Positions 1-13,918 of a stretch of DNA of 64,000 nucleotides are shown in pieces. Position 1 is the first letter of the stretch, and the number at the start of each line of letters is the position of its first letter. Location of the stretch: assembly GCA_012295275.1 (NCBI GenBank), contig CM022671.1, positions 31,496,001 through 31,560,000 on the forward strand, written 5' to 3'. This stretch comes from Chrysomallon squamiferum (Eukaryota; Animalia; Mollusca). Below the pieces are notes generated by a model that saw nothing but the letters and a program-made list of their open reading frames with translations, was not told the origin of the DNA and searched no databases. Position numbers and translations under genes: made by a program.

Positions 1-33
<33 letters not shown>
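1..33. repeat. (CT)n microsatellite, truncated by window start
   Basis: Directly visible dinucleotide run. Confidence 0.95.
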
Positions 34-38
<5 letters not shown>

Positions 39-254
39 CTGTTTTATAGACTGCATTCATTATCCTTGTTTTTCAACAAATGCATTAATTCTACCAAACA
101 TGTATTTGTACTACGAAACACTAATTCACGAACAAAGTATTGCTTACATCAACACTTACTAAATAATCAGATCTAATTTTTTGGTGAAAACCTCACAGTC
201 TGTCTACACCTAGTTTGTTAGTAAACATGTCTAACATTTAATTAACGGAAATTT

Positions 255-293
255 AACCAATCATAACCGGAAGTTACTGGCGTCACGTGATCA
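255..293 (+). promoter_or_regulatory. CCAAT + ETS + E-box cluster (promoter/enhancer-like)
   Basis: aaCCAATca 255-263, ACCGGAAGT 266-274 and GTCACGTGATCA 282-293 lie within 40 bp in a CpG-rich island. Confidence 0.5.
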
Positions 294-400
294 TGTCTAC
301 AAAATGCGTCTAGTTTAACAAGACTACGCAGATAAGACAGAACGAAAACTGGCTCGAGTGAGCCCTCTTTAAATGAAGATGTACTTTTTAATTATCACGT

Positions 401-419
401 TCGCCACCAGGGGGCGCTG
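401..419 (+). promoter_or_regulatory. CTCF binding site, near-consensus
   Basis: TCGCCACCAGGGGGCGCTG contains the canonical CTCF core CCACCAGGGGGCGC exactly. Confidence 0.75.
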
Positions 420-790
420 GTGGCATTGTTGCAATTAGATGCAATCTGATACGAACACAGGAAATAACAAAGGTGTACAGTGTAGGAGCTCCTGGGATAG
501 AGAAACAAGAGGAATCTAGTATGTTCTGGAAGGTGTTTGTAGCGTTCACGGTAATTATGTCGCCAACGTGAACGCTGCATGCGGGGACGCAACGACGTGC
601 CGAGAGCGTCGAAGGAGAGGCAGAAGGGTCATTACGTTTAAAGCCGGTAGACAGTGAGTTCGTTCCTCGGAAAGGGATCAAGGGTCAGAGTTGATTGTGC
701 GATATCAGACGCCACATCGCCTGACAGTAATTAGTATTATTTGTAAAACAGTTTGTTGTGTGTGTGTCTGGAATCACGTAATTTAATATT

Positions 791-823
<33 letters not shown>

Positions 824-977
824 CTGAACTAGAGATAGTGCTATAAGATACATTTAAATATCTATAAAAATTAGATAAACTCACACAAACACGTATGTAC
901 ACACACAACCATGAAACTCCTCAAACCTCACCCTAAATAAACCCACCAAAAAACAAAATAAAATCGTTTTCTTTTGC

Positions 978-1010
<33 letters not shown>

Positions 1011-1111
1011 AATAAAACAAAACAAAACAAAAATTAAGTAAAAGCCTTTAAAATTCTGGGGTTTTTTTTGGCATTTATTTATCATAACTTTATAATATTA
1101 CTGGTTTTCTT

Positions 1112-1147
1112 TTTCTTCTTCTTCTTCTTCTTCTTCTTCTTCTTCTT

Positions 1148-1178
<31 letters not shown>

Positions 1179-1220
1179 TTATTATTATTATTATTATTGT
1201 TATTATTATTATTATTATTA
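1112..1220. repeat. Compound (TTC)n/(ATT)n microsatellite
   Basis: Directly visible; explains the poly-R/poly-I ORF at 1090-1278. Confidence 0.95.
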
Positions 1221-1628
1221 CTGTTTGACATGCACACATTTGATTAGACTTTGAACATAGATAAACTCGAACAACCAACTTGAACAGAGGGCAAAGTCCT
1301 GACAGTCTTCCAAAAAGTCACTGTAACTGTCGAAATTCGATCCAGGAACCTCATGACCCGCACTTAGGAACACAGCTACCAAAATATTTGTAAATAAGGA
1401 ATGACTGTATCGTCGTGTCTTTTATATTATTTATTGCTTGTGGCTGTTAGACTTAAATTCAGTGAAAATAATCTATTGTTAAAGATTTGTCGCTGTGTAT
1501 AACAGAAGAATTAGTGTACATCGGTAGACGTCAGATATTATTTTCTTACCATCAGCAGCAACTGCGTTACCACAATATTACTTTAATAAACACGACCACG
1601 ACGACAACGACCAATAAGAATAGCAATA

Positions 1629-1750
1629 ATGATGACGATGATGACCATAATGCAATATAAGGAAAAGGCAAATGATGATGTTGATGTTGATGTTGATGAT
1701 GATGATGATGATGATGATAATAATAGCAAAAGAAAACGTTTTATATTTTA

Positions 1751-1800
<50 letters not shown>

Positions 1801-1856
1801 TTTATAAATAAAAAAATGGTGAAAAAGAAGAAGAATAACAATGTCGACATGATAAT

Positions 1857-1927
<71 letters not shown>
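1629..1927. repeat. Compound (GAT)n, (ATT)n and (AG)n microsatellites
   Basis: Directly visible; source of the overlapping low-complexity ORFs. Confidence 0.95.
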
Positions 1928-1930
<3 letters not shown>

Positions 1931-2768
1931 ATGAACACGAATCACAAAGCCAATATACGCTTAAGACCTTAACACAACAGTATTTAGTGACATATAACTG
2001 TTCTTACGTGTCAGGCGGTAATATTGGCAGCCACCCATCACCCTGATATCACGGGTGGTTTAACACTCGGTCGTGTGAAAATCCATCCGAGAATCGAAAA
2101 AAAAAAAAAGAGAGAAAAAAAACACAACTATTTATCGATACTGACGATGTTTGGACTCAACCGTTTAGAAAGGGACATAAATCTTGAAAAGGTCTTACAG
2201 GGGTGTTAAATGACATTTGCCGATTAACGCCGAGCAAAACGATGGATATATATTACCAGTGACATTGTAGCCGTGATTCTGAGAAAAATAATATTCCCCC
2301 AAAAGAGTAAATCTGTTTTATTCGAGGCAACGTGAAAAGAGCGTATAAAATCGTTTGATTCTGATGTACAGATATGAAAAATAAAAGACGTTTGAAATCG
2401 GAGAGTAAAAAATAAATCAAAACGAGACTTCGATGAATCAGTCGTGGTGTTTTTTTTCTCTCTCTTCCTTTGTTCGTTCGTGTTACCGTGCAAGTTTTAA
2501 TGTCTTTTAAATGTGCGTGCTCCGACGCTTTATGCTCAAAAACCAAACACCTACCGAAAAGGCGAAAGTAACAACACAGCTGAAGAGAAATTGTCCTAAG
2601 AACTATAAAGGAGAGCGTTGTATTACCGATAAGATCCTATCTCCGCTTGTTATCAAGGGTAGTGTTTGAGAAACAAAACGTTCAGTTTTGGTGAATTTTC
2701 TTCTATGTGAACATTTCACTGCTATTTTCTCAGCTCAAACGTCAATCTTTCTCTTTCTATCCGTCTCA

Positions 2769-2811
<43 letters not shown>

Positions 2812-3391
2812 TAATAATAATAACTGTTATTACTGTCTGTTTTTTCTTTTTCTGTTTTTTTTTTTTTCTCTGTTAATTATTATAATTAGTATTGATGTTG
2901 CTGTTAGAAAATAAAAACTATTACAAATTAAATGATAAAGAAGTAAAAATAAAACATAAAAGTATTAAGATTAAGTCGAAAGCGAAGACAGTTCGTAAAG
3001 AAGACGACGTTTTGTTTGGAATTAGACATTCTGAAACTTGTGTAAATACAAAAATCATTAGTTAAACTGTAGAGAAAGAAAAAAACAATTAGAGACAATA
3101 GCACTTCAACATTTGGAAAAGTTCAAATCAGGAATTTGCACATGCGGAGAACGTCAGCTATTACTTTGACCCAATGACACCATTAGAAAAGTAACCAAAA
3201 TATTGACACTCTGAATGGCAAGACTACGTATTCCTGGCAAAAGATTTCCTCCAAAATGCCAACGAACGTAGAAAAGGCGAGACTAAATTTTCAATCTGGG
3301 TCATTGACCTTTTTCTACTCTCTCTGTATATCCTTCGTTCCATCCATCCCTCTGTCGTTCCTTCGTTACCTTTCCCTATATAGTTGCCCGT

Positions 3392-3395
<4 letters not shown>

Positions 3396-3480
<85 letters not shown>
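3396..3480. repeat. (CT)n microsatellite
   Basis: Directly visible. Confidence 0.95.
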
Positions 3481-3484
<4 letters not shown>

Positions 3485-3752
3485 GTGTGTGTGTGTCTCT
3501 ATGTGATATTTTCTTTCTATCACATTCATTCTTTCTCTCTTTAGCCCATCTCTCATTCTGGTTTTCGTCACTTCTTTCCTCTCGTCCTTTACTCTCTCCG
3601 TGCTCGATTTTTTTTCACAATTTCGTTCTTCCGATACGCGACATCAGGAAGAAACTGATTGTACACATATTTGCACACATCATAGTGCAAACGTATTTTG
3701 CAGGAAACAAGTAGGTTAGTGTGGGAGGGGGAGTCGGGACAGACCGATAGAA

Positions 3753-3821
3753 GTCACGTGATCAATGGTCATAGACGGCTGACGTAGTCTTGCCAGAACG
3801 GAGACTGAAAAACCCGGAAGT
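3753..3821 (+). promoter_or_regulatory. E-box + ETS cluster
   Basis: GTCACGTGATCA 3753-3764 (same 12-mer as 282-293) and CCGGAAGT 3814-3821. Confidence 0.45.
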
Positions 3822-3914
3822 CCCCGTGATGGTCAGATTTTTCGATACCATCAATATATGAAAGAACATGTATAATTAATTAACTGATTTCTTCTTCTTC
3901 TTTTTCTTCTTCTG

Positions 3915-3967
<53 letters not shown>

Positions 3968-4225
3968 TAGTCACCTAATAAATATTGTTCACACAACAGA
4001 AATAGAATATTAACACTGGAAGTATTTGTTCCGTTTCTTATTTCTGTTCGAAAGTTTCCAAATCAACCATTACAGGTGTTTTCATAACCACTTCCTTTTG
4101 ACAGTAACATTACGTGTTTATTTTTAAACCAGATTATTTCAGTAACGTAGCTAATTTGACGAAGAACTGTTTCTACGTATTCAGTATATTCAACATTGTA
4201 AAAAATAAATTAATGAAGTTAGAAG

Positions 4226-4229
<4 letters not shown>

Positions 4230-4303
<74 letters not shown>
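4230..4303. repeat. (CT)n microsatellite
   Basis: Directly visible. Confidence 0.95.
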
Positions 4304-4307
<4 letters not shown>

Positions 4308-5481
4308 AGTCTAAATAATGTATATAACACGGACGTAAATGGTTTTAAAATGAGAGAAATTTGAGAAAGAAAGAAAGAAAGAACGTACGCAAACTGTACA
4401 CATGTACTTTGACGCGGAAGTTACCGAGGTGTGTAACGAACACACACATTTTTCTGTCCGCTGCTCCGAAGACTGCTGAGTAAGGCTGCGTGCTGAAACA
4501 TTTGCTCTCAGACGGGCTAATATTTGCCACAGGAACCGCGTTTGCTAAAAATCACGTCTTCTTGTTGAACAGTGTCCCGTCTGTGTACCGCTTGTTTAGC
4601 CGCAGTTTAACATAGCGGAATAGACTGTTTCCAAACACTTGCGGTGGAAAAGCGTGGCCCGTTCAAAAGGCGCGGTCCGAAATGACACAGTAACCTAGAA
4701 AATGCTGACGAAGAAGAAGAAAAAAAAAAAGTAATTGTTATGGAAACGAAAATGTATCTGTGTACAGTGAAGAGTCTAGAGATGCTCATGTTTGGGTTAA
4801 ATCAGGAAGAGAAGAATACACATAAAATTATCTATCTATCTATCTATCTATATATATTAATTTTTTATAAAATATTTTTGCATTAATTCACAAAAAAACA
4901 TTTTCGTACATTCAAATTGAAATTTTGGAGTAAACCATTATAAATAATACAGTATGATATTTTAATATTTCATATAAAAAGTCCACAATTTTTTTCAAAA
5001 AATGACACACTTCCCCAACAGTGTATAGGAAAAAGTATCGATTTGTTATTCATAATAAGGCTGAAAACGTTTCACACAAAAATATGCCTTTATCACTTTA
5101 AATAATTACCACTTTCATCATATTGTTATCATCTTTACAAACCATCATTCTTTTTCTTCTTATCACAAACATCATGACCTCGTCGTCTTATTCATCATCA
5201 TCATCAACAATGTCACTCTAACTGCCACCTACAACCAAAAACTGAAAGATGAATTAAAAAAAAACAAAAAAACAACGTATAAAATATAATATACGTCAGC
5301 GACGTGGTGGGATCTTCACAGTTATGATTAACACTGAATGAAACTATAAAAAGACAATAACAACAATAAGTAAATAAATAAATCAATAAATACATAAAGT
5401 AAATACAATAAGTAAATAAAAGTAATAATAATAATAATAATAATAAAATGTTTGCTAATCATAAATTCCACAACTAAACAG

Positions 5482-5533
<52 letters not shown>
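5482..5533. repeat. poly(A) tract, ~52 nt
   Basis: Directly visible homopolymer. Confidence 0.95.
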
Positions 5534-5538
<5 letters not shown>

Positions 5539-5578
5539 AAGGAAAAAAGAAGAAAATTATTTTACATTTAAATTAGTA

Positions 5579-5604
5579 TGAGTCATACAATTAGCGATGA
5601 GTCA
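5579..5604. promoter_or_regulatory. Paired AP-1 sites
   Basis: TGAGTCA at 5579-5585 and 5598-5604. Confidence 0.35.
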
Positions 5605-6366
5605 AGAATGTGACTGCTGACTGGAACAGAGAGACCCTTGTAAACTGCAGATAAATAAAAAAATTAAAAAAAATTATAATAATAAAATAAAACAATACAG
5701 ACTTTATCTGCTTTTAACAGACACACTAAATATATCACCACCTTGCCTCACCTAGACCGCCATTGAAAACTGGTACCGGTGTCTGGCACACGGTCATTCT
5801 CGGTGATCTTCAAGGCCCCCGTATAAGCCGGAAATAACGTCATCTCAAAGGAAACTTTAGGATACAGTAATTCTATTGCAATCTTGTGACGTCGTCAACA
5901 TCAGCCTGATGACGCACTGTCGCCGACGTCTGACATAAAACATTAATCTATCGAAGTAAAACTTGTCTCGTAAATAATATCGTGCACGTAAAAGTGAGCA
6001 TGTTAAACAACGTGACAGACAGAAATGTTCCCTCTATGACTATCACTTCTGATTTATGGTGCACCGCAAAAGAAACAGAATTATAGAATTACATCAGTTA
6101 AAAAAATAATGAAAAATGAAAAATGTTATAAAAAAAAGAAAAGAAAAAAAAAAAATGAAAAAAAACAACAAAAAAACATTGTATATTTCAAGGAAATACT
6201 TAAAATAAATAAATAAATAAATTATGATGATGATTTTAATTTGAAACACACACATACACACACACACAAAAGAAAAAAACGAGGAAAAAACATACACAGA
6301 AATTAATCTACTTACTTGCTTATCTGTCTACCAATGTACTTACAAGCATGCTTATATATGATTCAT

Positions 6367-6378
6367 TCATACATACAT

Positions 6379-6411
<33 letters not shown>

Positions 6412-6570
6412 TACATACATACATACATACACACACACATACATACATACATACATACATACATACATACATACATACATAAATACATACATATATACAT
6501 ACATACATACATACATACATACATACATACATACACACACACATACACACATACGAACATACATACAAAC
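6367..6570. repeat. (CATA)n/(CA)n compound microsatellite
   Basis: Directly visible; gives the YIHT/MYVC pseudo-ORFs. Confidence 0.95.
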
Positions 6571-7190
6571 AAAGAAACACACGCAACATCATATCATAAT
6601 TACTTTTCAGCATTTTCGGCATTTTTCCCCAGATTTCAAACTTCCATGAATTAGAGTGGTTTTGAAATAAAGGGAAGGGAGTGTAACTCGTGTTTAATCC
6701 TATTAGAAGTATCTGCTAATGCGATTCTCTTGTTAATGCTGATTAAGTCTTCTGTTAAAACCATCACACAGTTTTAATTAGCGTATTTATCTTCACTACA
6801 TCGCCTTGGATCAAACTACTCTTCAGCCGTTTATTCAGAAACATATATATATATACATACGTTTTAGTAACTCGTTTTTCCGAGTCACAGATTTTGGATT
6901 TTTTTTTTTTTGCTGATGAGTTTTGTTTCTTGCAATAAGTAATTCAGAAGGATAAATCATTTATTTTTGCTTTTGGATTTTGGGGTTTTTTTTCGTTTTT
7001 TGTTCTTTTGTTGTTTTTTGGGGGAGGGTTTGGGAGTTTTGTGTTTTTTGAAGAAAGAGAAAGCAATTTTTAAATTATTTTCTTGTGAGAAAAAAAACAA
7101 CAAAAAAACACTGACTTCATTATTGGATTTTATGCTTGCATCTTTCAGAATATGAGAAACGCTGTAAGGAATCATTTCATTTGTGTTAAT

Positions 7191-7303
7191 TTACAGTTTG
7201 TGAAAGAAAGATATCTCGTGTAACATAAAAATCTGATCGTTTGTGGGAAATTACAGTTGTGAAACAACGATATCTCGTGTAATAGAAAAATCTGATCCTT
7301 TGC
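7191..7303. repeat. Two-copy ~60-bp tandem duplication
   Basis: ttacagtt(t)gtgaaa..gatatctcgtgtaa..aaaaatctgatc.tttg starts at 7191 and again at 7251. Confidence 0.85.
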
Positions 7304-10300
7304 TGAATCAGCACAGATTTACCCAGAATGAAAAAAGAGAGTTAATCGTCAGTAATCATGTAAAAGGAAATCAATTACAAATACCAAGTTTTATAATTAC
7401 AGGAACGAATTTGAAATTTTGTAGACGTAAAAAAAAAAAAAAAGGTTTAAATTTTATGGACGGTGAATCGATTAATAAAATTGATTAATAAACAGAAAGA
7501 CTGTATTAAGGAAAAAGAACAGCAAAAACAAACAAAAAAACAAACAAAAAGAAGGCAAAACTTAGTTTTTGGATTAAACGTTCTTTCAGATAAAACTAAA
7601 ACAAGTCAACAGATATAGAGACCTAATATAATTAAGTTATAAATAATATTTGTACAGCGAAGGACGGAACATTCAGGTATTCAGCGCTGGAAATAAAATG
7701 GTGCACTGTGGGTAAGTATAAATTAATTTATTTTTAATTTACATTCAGTTTATTTAATTAATGTATATGTGTGTGCGCGTACGTATGCTTGTGTGTGTGA
7801 TATATGTATATATATATATATATGTGTGTGAGTGTGTGTATGTATGAAGAAAAAGAAAATGCCATGGACATTATTTTCTGTGACACGTGACCTATATTCA
7901 TCACATACCATCACAAACAAAGCATAATGGCGTCGCCACTGCATGAAATAACATTTGCTAACGCTAACGAGAAAAATTCCTGCTTACCAAACAGATGAAA
8001 CATAAACGCTATAATTATTACAGCGGTGAATTCTGCTCTTCTGCAATATGAATACGCAAAGTAAGGTTAAAAAAGACTTGCATAAGAATATACGCAGTGT
8101 CTTCTTTGCAAAACGTAAAATTTAATATTAAGAATCAGTTATTACTATATTGTTATTTATTTATTTATTTATTTATTTAAATAATGTTACTAAAACACCA
8201 AGCGACAACAATTTACACAAAAACCGAATTAAGGATTACACGATATTTGGTCGACCTCTGAGCCGGAAGACGAGAACACGAGGAAACAAGGTAGTGAACT
8301 CTTTTTGTTTTGTTGTTGTTAATCTTTCATTTCCTAAACAAAAAACTCTTGACCTAGATTTCCTTACCTTGTTTTATTATCCTTCTGGTGGGAAGTGGGA
8401 ACAGTAAGACAAACACACGCATGTGTGTGAGTGTGTGTCTACCAGTCTGCAGACGCCCCGAAAAGTACATAAGTATTATAAAACGCGTCAAATTTTTTAA
8501 CTAGGTCAGAAATGCTCGCATGCAAATAATGCATCTGTTGTCCACGCCTTCTCGTGTGATGGGAGGGAGTCGAGTGTTTTTTTTTGTTACTTTTGTTCTT
8601 TATTTGTTTGTTTTTGTTTTTTCTTTAATTTCATCTTAGTATTTGTAACGATAAGCAAACATTTCCGTTAGCTGATTGCTTATCGTGTTAATTTAGCACG
8701 AACTGAAAAAATTCTGTGACAAAATTAATTTTTCAAAAGTCAGGTGATTAATTATTTTAGCTTAATAATAATAATAATGACGACGACGATGATGATAATG
8801 ATGATGATGATGATGATGATAATAATATTTGTCAGACAACCGTATTTTTATTACATAGAATTTTCCGTCACGTGCAAAATGTATTAGGTCTGTATGTATA
8901 AAAACATTAAATTTTAGTATTGGTGCCTTGGCGCAAGAATAGAATTTAATATAAATCATTTGATCGTCAACTGCCAAGCAATATTTACACACGAAATGAA
9001 TCATCTATTAAATATGAATTTCTTGGTACCACTTTTGTTGTTATTATTATTATTATTATTTTTTTTAATAATATCGGTTTTGTTAAAATAAAATAAAATA
9101 AAATAAATACATATAAATAAATATACTTCTACAATCTTATCAGCAGAAACAGGATTATTAACTGACAACAGTTACAAATCATATACGTACGTACGTACGC
9201 ACACAGGTGCATGCACTTACACATTCATAATCACGAAAATAATAATAATAATAATAATGATAATAATGATAATGATAACAATAATAATATCTAGATATTG
9301 TAAGAATTTTCTGTTTGTTTACTTTTGTTTATTTATTTTATTTGTTTGTTTGTTTCTTTCTTTCTTAAACCAATATAAGTGAATAATTTTTAGGGAATAT
9401 GCAAATGAGCATGGACAGTTTTAAATTAGACTTCCGTGTTTTTCCGTCAAATGTTTGTGTAGCTTTCATTGTTTGTTTGTTGATTTATTGTACCGTTTTT
9501 CTTCCTCCGTTTCTTTGTTTTCTTTGCTCTCATTATTCTTTCTCTACACTTTTCTGTCATTCTTTCATTCCTTCTTTGTCATTCTTTATTCGACCTTTGT
9601 CAATATCTTATTCGTTCTTTTTTCTTTCGTCCATTGCTTCTTTATATTTTTCTGTCTTTTTTTTATTCTGCATTTTTCACAAATTCATTCTTTTTCTCTC
9701 CTTCACTCATTCATTCATTTGTTCTCTCCTTCGCTCGTTCGTTCATTCATTCATTACTATGAATTTACTTTTATACTTCCAATACAAGACGTTAAAAATT
9801 TCAAATCAGAGACAATCATTTATTTTTCTGATTCTTCTATCTATTTACTTGTGTCTCACTTTGTTTTTGCTTTGTCTTGGCTTTGTTAAAATAGTGTTAC
9901 TAACAATGCACTAGCTATCTGTAAATCTTCTCACATCTTCCTACTGGACTAAACACCTTGTCATCTTGTACTGACACTGCATGTGTAAAACTTTCATTTG
10001 GTTTAATATTTACATTCCAAGGTTCTGGTTGACTCTCGAATTTTTGCGCGGATAACGCATACGATTCACAAAACCTTGCGTTAGTTTTGTAGCTTGAAGG
10101 AAAGTTTAATTACACTAACCAAAACGATGATAAAGCACGCCTGTTGTGGTTACGTGTACCCTAATCATGTCTTGAGTGCAATGGTTAAAGTGTTAGAAGG
10201 TTAACTACGACTACTGGCGCCTTGCAACTATTTCAATTAGTTTTCCGTAAGTTCCGTTACGGAGTGTCGATCCCATTCTACTGAGAGGTTCTAAAGTCGA

Positions 10301-10713
10301 TTGCAAGTGTTAGTTTTCTTAATGCTGCTTACACGTACAGTTTAGTGGTCGTAGCTTAACTACAAAGGTATGAATATCTCTTGTTAATACCACGTTACAA
10401 AGCTTCGTAAGCGACTTAAAAGGTCTCGCATTTGCATAGTTCGTGATTAATTGACATTGTTAAAGGATTTTCGGCTGTGTATTAAGGATACAGCATGCCA
10501 TGGGACAGATTCGTTGTTTGTTAACGAATGGACTTCGACACCAGAAGAGCATGTATGAAAGATAATAGAGAATGAATTGCAAAATATACGATTATTTAAT
10601 TTTAAGATATGTGTTATTTATTTATTCATTCATTCATTCATTCATTCTTTCAAATTTATTATTGAATTATTTATTTATTATGATGATGGCGATTACGATG
10701 AAGGTGATGTTGC

Positions 10714-10748
<35 letters not shown>

Positions 10749-11593
10749 TCTTATGGTGATGAAACACACATTCCCTCGTAATACCGGTTTCTTTTTATCT
10801 TGCTTGGCCAAAACTGTTTGATATCAGTCTTAGATTAACTAATTATATCAATTTGATGTTCAAACACGCTTGTTATGATCGGAATAAGTGACAGAGAAAG
10901 TACGGCGAAAACGAAAGAGAAACTACAAAAAATCAAAACACAACAGAAACTGAAACACACTGGACCCAAATAATATTAAAAATTTTTAAGAAAAAGGTAA
11001 CCAACCAACCAACCAACTGACGTACAGACTCAAATAACGACTGACTGACGCACAGACTCACAGACCGACTGACTGGCGGACTAACGCTGACTCAGTCTCT
11101 GAATGGCGGAATTACTCGCTGATAATTCACTAACTACTAACGTCTGTCTCATAAATTAATAGCTTCTCAGCACTTTCACGCTATACCTGGTATTTCTGTG
11201 TCTACACACGCCATGTGTGACAGCCGCTTTACTTACTACCATATCCAACTGCTAGAATGATTAATAACACGTCGAGACAGATTTATCTGACAACGCGGCA
11301 AAATGTTTTCTTAGCTGACCCTATTAGCATAATATTATCAAGCTGACGACTGATAACGAATAATGAGAGCCAGCATATTCTTATCTTTTCTCCGCTGATT
11401 GTTTTAGAATAAAAATTATAATGAACAAAGTTTTTTTTAAGTTTTTTTTATTTTTATTATTATTATTTTTTTTTATATTAAAATTACTTTTCATCGTTTA
11501 TTATTATAGTGTCTGATTAATTCAAAGTGTATAAAACAAAACGGGTCCGCGATTGTTCGTAGTGTATTGTTTTACCGTTTGATTATAAAATAC

Positions 11594-11890
11594 ACGGTTT
11601 ATTACGGACGTTGACGAGCGAAATCGGTTCGCGTCGTTTATTGTTTCAGCATATAATTGTCACAGAATACGATTTATTACGAAAGTTGACGAACAATCAT
11701 TTTACTCGTCATTTCATCGCTTGTTCTTTTCAGCTGGTAAATCATCAGGCATACGAACGAATTATTTCGAACGTTGACGATACAATAAAATTTTTTCTCG
11801 TCATTTCGTCGCTTGTTCTTTTCAGCACGTGATTATCAGACAACACGATTTATTACGAATGTTGACGAACCAGCAGATTCGCGTCTTCAC
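11594..11890. repeat. Degenerate CpG-rich tandem repeat, 4 units of 75-88 bp
   Basis: Core approximately ACGATTTATTACGAANGTTGACGA at 11594, 11669, 11757 and 11845; units 2 and 3 also share ctcgtcatttcRtcgcttgttcttttcagc. Confidence 0.85.
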
Positions 11891-12285
11891 GTTTTTCCCC
11901 GCGGAGTTCAGGACCTTGGCACCTGTCATCGGCGAATTTCTCCGGCGCATCTCGTAAAAGACGGATGGGTCGGTATCATTCCCGATGCTCGTTTCCTGCG
12001 CTGTTTCCACTTGATCTACAGCGTGTTGCTGTCTGGGGCTTCAAAGACGACGGTGATAAAAAGTGACAAGTGTGTTGGCTTTCTGGATTCTTCTACGACG
12101 TTTGCGAAACGTTCGTTTTGCCGCTTCGTGATTATCAGCCACATTTCCCGGCAGTTTAGACAATAAGAAAACAATCATCGAAATTTGTACGATAATTACC
12201 GAATGGTGAATAAATCAAACACGTCATCCGAGAACTGCCAGAAAGGTAGAAAACGTCAGGCAGTTTTGAGGGAAAGAGAGATAGA

Positions 12286-12310
12286 AGGGGGGGGGGGCGG
12301 GCGAGGGGCT
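12286..12310. promoter_or_regulatory. G-rich GC-box / potential G-quadruplex at the edge of a ~0.9 kb CpG-rich island
   Basis: A long G run followed by cgggcgagggg contains GGGGCGGG; island spans ~11550-12420. Confidence 0.35.
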
Positions 12311-13334
12311 GTCAGTTAAAGAGACCGGGATTTGGGATGTGATGTATGTTAAATGTGGTTTGAAAATAAGAACAGCAAAAACAGGCTGGGGGTGCGAAGA
12401 ACCGGTAATCATACAACATTTTCAAATCCTGATATCAGCAAATTTTTTTTTTTTTATATTTTTTTTTTTTTAGTAGCAATAAAGCGAACTGTTTGAGTTG
12501 TAAGACACTGGTGATTTATTTATTTATTTTGTAAAGGTAATTTATTTCTCGTTCCAACCAATGCTCGCTTTGTTCTTTACCGAGAAGATAATTTACCTTC
12601 TTATTATTTCTTTTTAGGGTGTAGTCACACATTAATTAATTAATTCATTAATTTATTCAGTCAGTCGATTAATCATTCATTTTTTGTCTTCTTATTCTTC
12701 AGTCAAATTCGCAATTACGCGATAGGGTGCTCAGAAATCTTTGTTATAAAAGGAAATAACACAGTGGCTCAAAAACGCTATCACAGCATAATCCGGGTAC
12801 TTCAATATGGCAATAAGTTCCCCACCCTTCTCGTATGGAAGTCATTTTTAAGTAAACAAACAATTAAAAAGCTCCACAGCTAGCGTCACTATTGATAAAA
12901 AAAAAAAAGAAAGAAAAAAGGGTCAAAGTTTATTTTATGTCGTCATGTCGCATTCCGGTGTCTTGTATCCGTAGATAAACCTTTTTTTCCCTTCTTCTTC
13001 TTCTTTAACGGTAAAAATATACCACTGATTGTTTGTATGTGTGTGCTGATCTATGTCTCTTTATAATCTGTGCCTTTGTAAACGTAACTTAGTATGGTTT
13101 GACGTTGGGTGGAGTGAGCATATATTTATCTATGTTTCTTTTATGTTTGGGAGTCCACCGCAATGAAGGCGCAACCTTTTGGAGGAAACGTGGATCCGTC
13201 CCTGCTTTCTTTTTACCCACGACCCACACCTAGACAGATATATTTCTTTAACATAATGCTTGGTTTTGTTTTTGTTTTATTTCACAATAGCCACAGGTGA
13301 TTTCTACTGATTCTGCTGAATATATACATTTCAG

Positions 13335-13365
13335 GTGTGAACGCATACATCCGACATCGGAGAAG
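13335..13365 (+). other. Candidate 31-nt micro-exon
   Basis: catttcAG|GTGTGAACGCATACATCCGACATCGGAGAAG|GTagga; splice-like signals only, no recognisable peptide. Confidence 0.15.
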
Positions 13366-13854
13366 GTAGGAGATGACCAAGATAGAAATGAAATTTAAAA
13401 CCTCATTAAACAATTGAAAACTACGCTATAGACAGATAGTAATCCTCCGCATACATGGTTAATTATAAACAAAAACAAAAACAACAAGAAAAGCTTGTGA
13501 CAGGTAAAAAAAATAAAAAAAAAAATTTACACGTTACAGTTAAAACAGCAGAGGTATACGATGTATCTTCGAGAGATATTAGAGCAGTATTTTCCTCATA
13601 ACTCGGCCTGGTTTTAAAGTAGCCATTTTTTTTTTTTTTTTTTTTTTAAACTGTCCGAATGTTACACACAGACCGAGTTACGTGATTCAAATCAGACTTG
13701 TCTACATGCTGACTGTCAGCGCTCCGATAATGATCTAATCTACCATTATGATGGAGTAGTTCCGATTACAAAAACCAGGGACACTCCCCTCCCCAGAGCG
13801 AACACTCCCCTGTTCAGTTTGTAATAGAACCCGGATCTTCTATTTCTTTATTTC

Positions 13855-13858
<4 letters not shown>

Positions 13859-13915
<57 letters not shown>
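13859..13915. repeat. poly(T) tract, ~57 nt
   Basis: Directly visible homopolymer. Confidence 0.95.

Positions 13916-13918
<3 letters not shown>

Noticed and set aside
1320-1385. tRNA-derived SINE head on the minus strand (gaggttcctggatcgaatttc)
   Set aside because: Only a loose B-box resemblance; no cloverleaf, tail or second copy seen.
10432-10450. miR-153-like start (TTGCATAGT)
   Set aside because: The match stops after 9 nt and I see no precursor hairpin.
11594-11890. CRISPR-like repeat/spacer appearance
   Set aside because: Repeats are not identical, spacers are homologous to each other, there are no cas genes, and the context is eukaryotic.
11813-12166. 117-aa ORF in the CpG-rich island
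   Set aside because: Non-ATG start inside a tandem repeat, and no recognisable homology.
5482-13915. Long poly(A)/poly(T) tracts as retrocopy tails
   Set aside because: No TSDs or retroelement body seen, and homopolymers are ubiquitous in this window.
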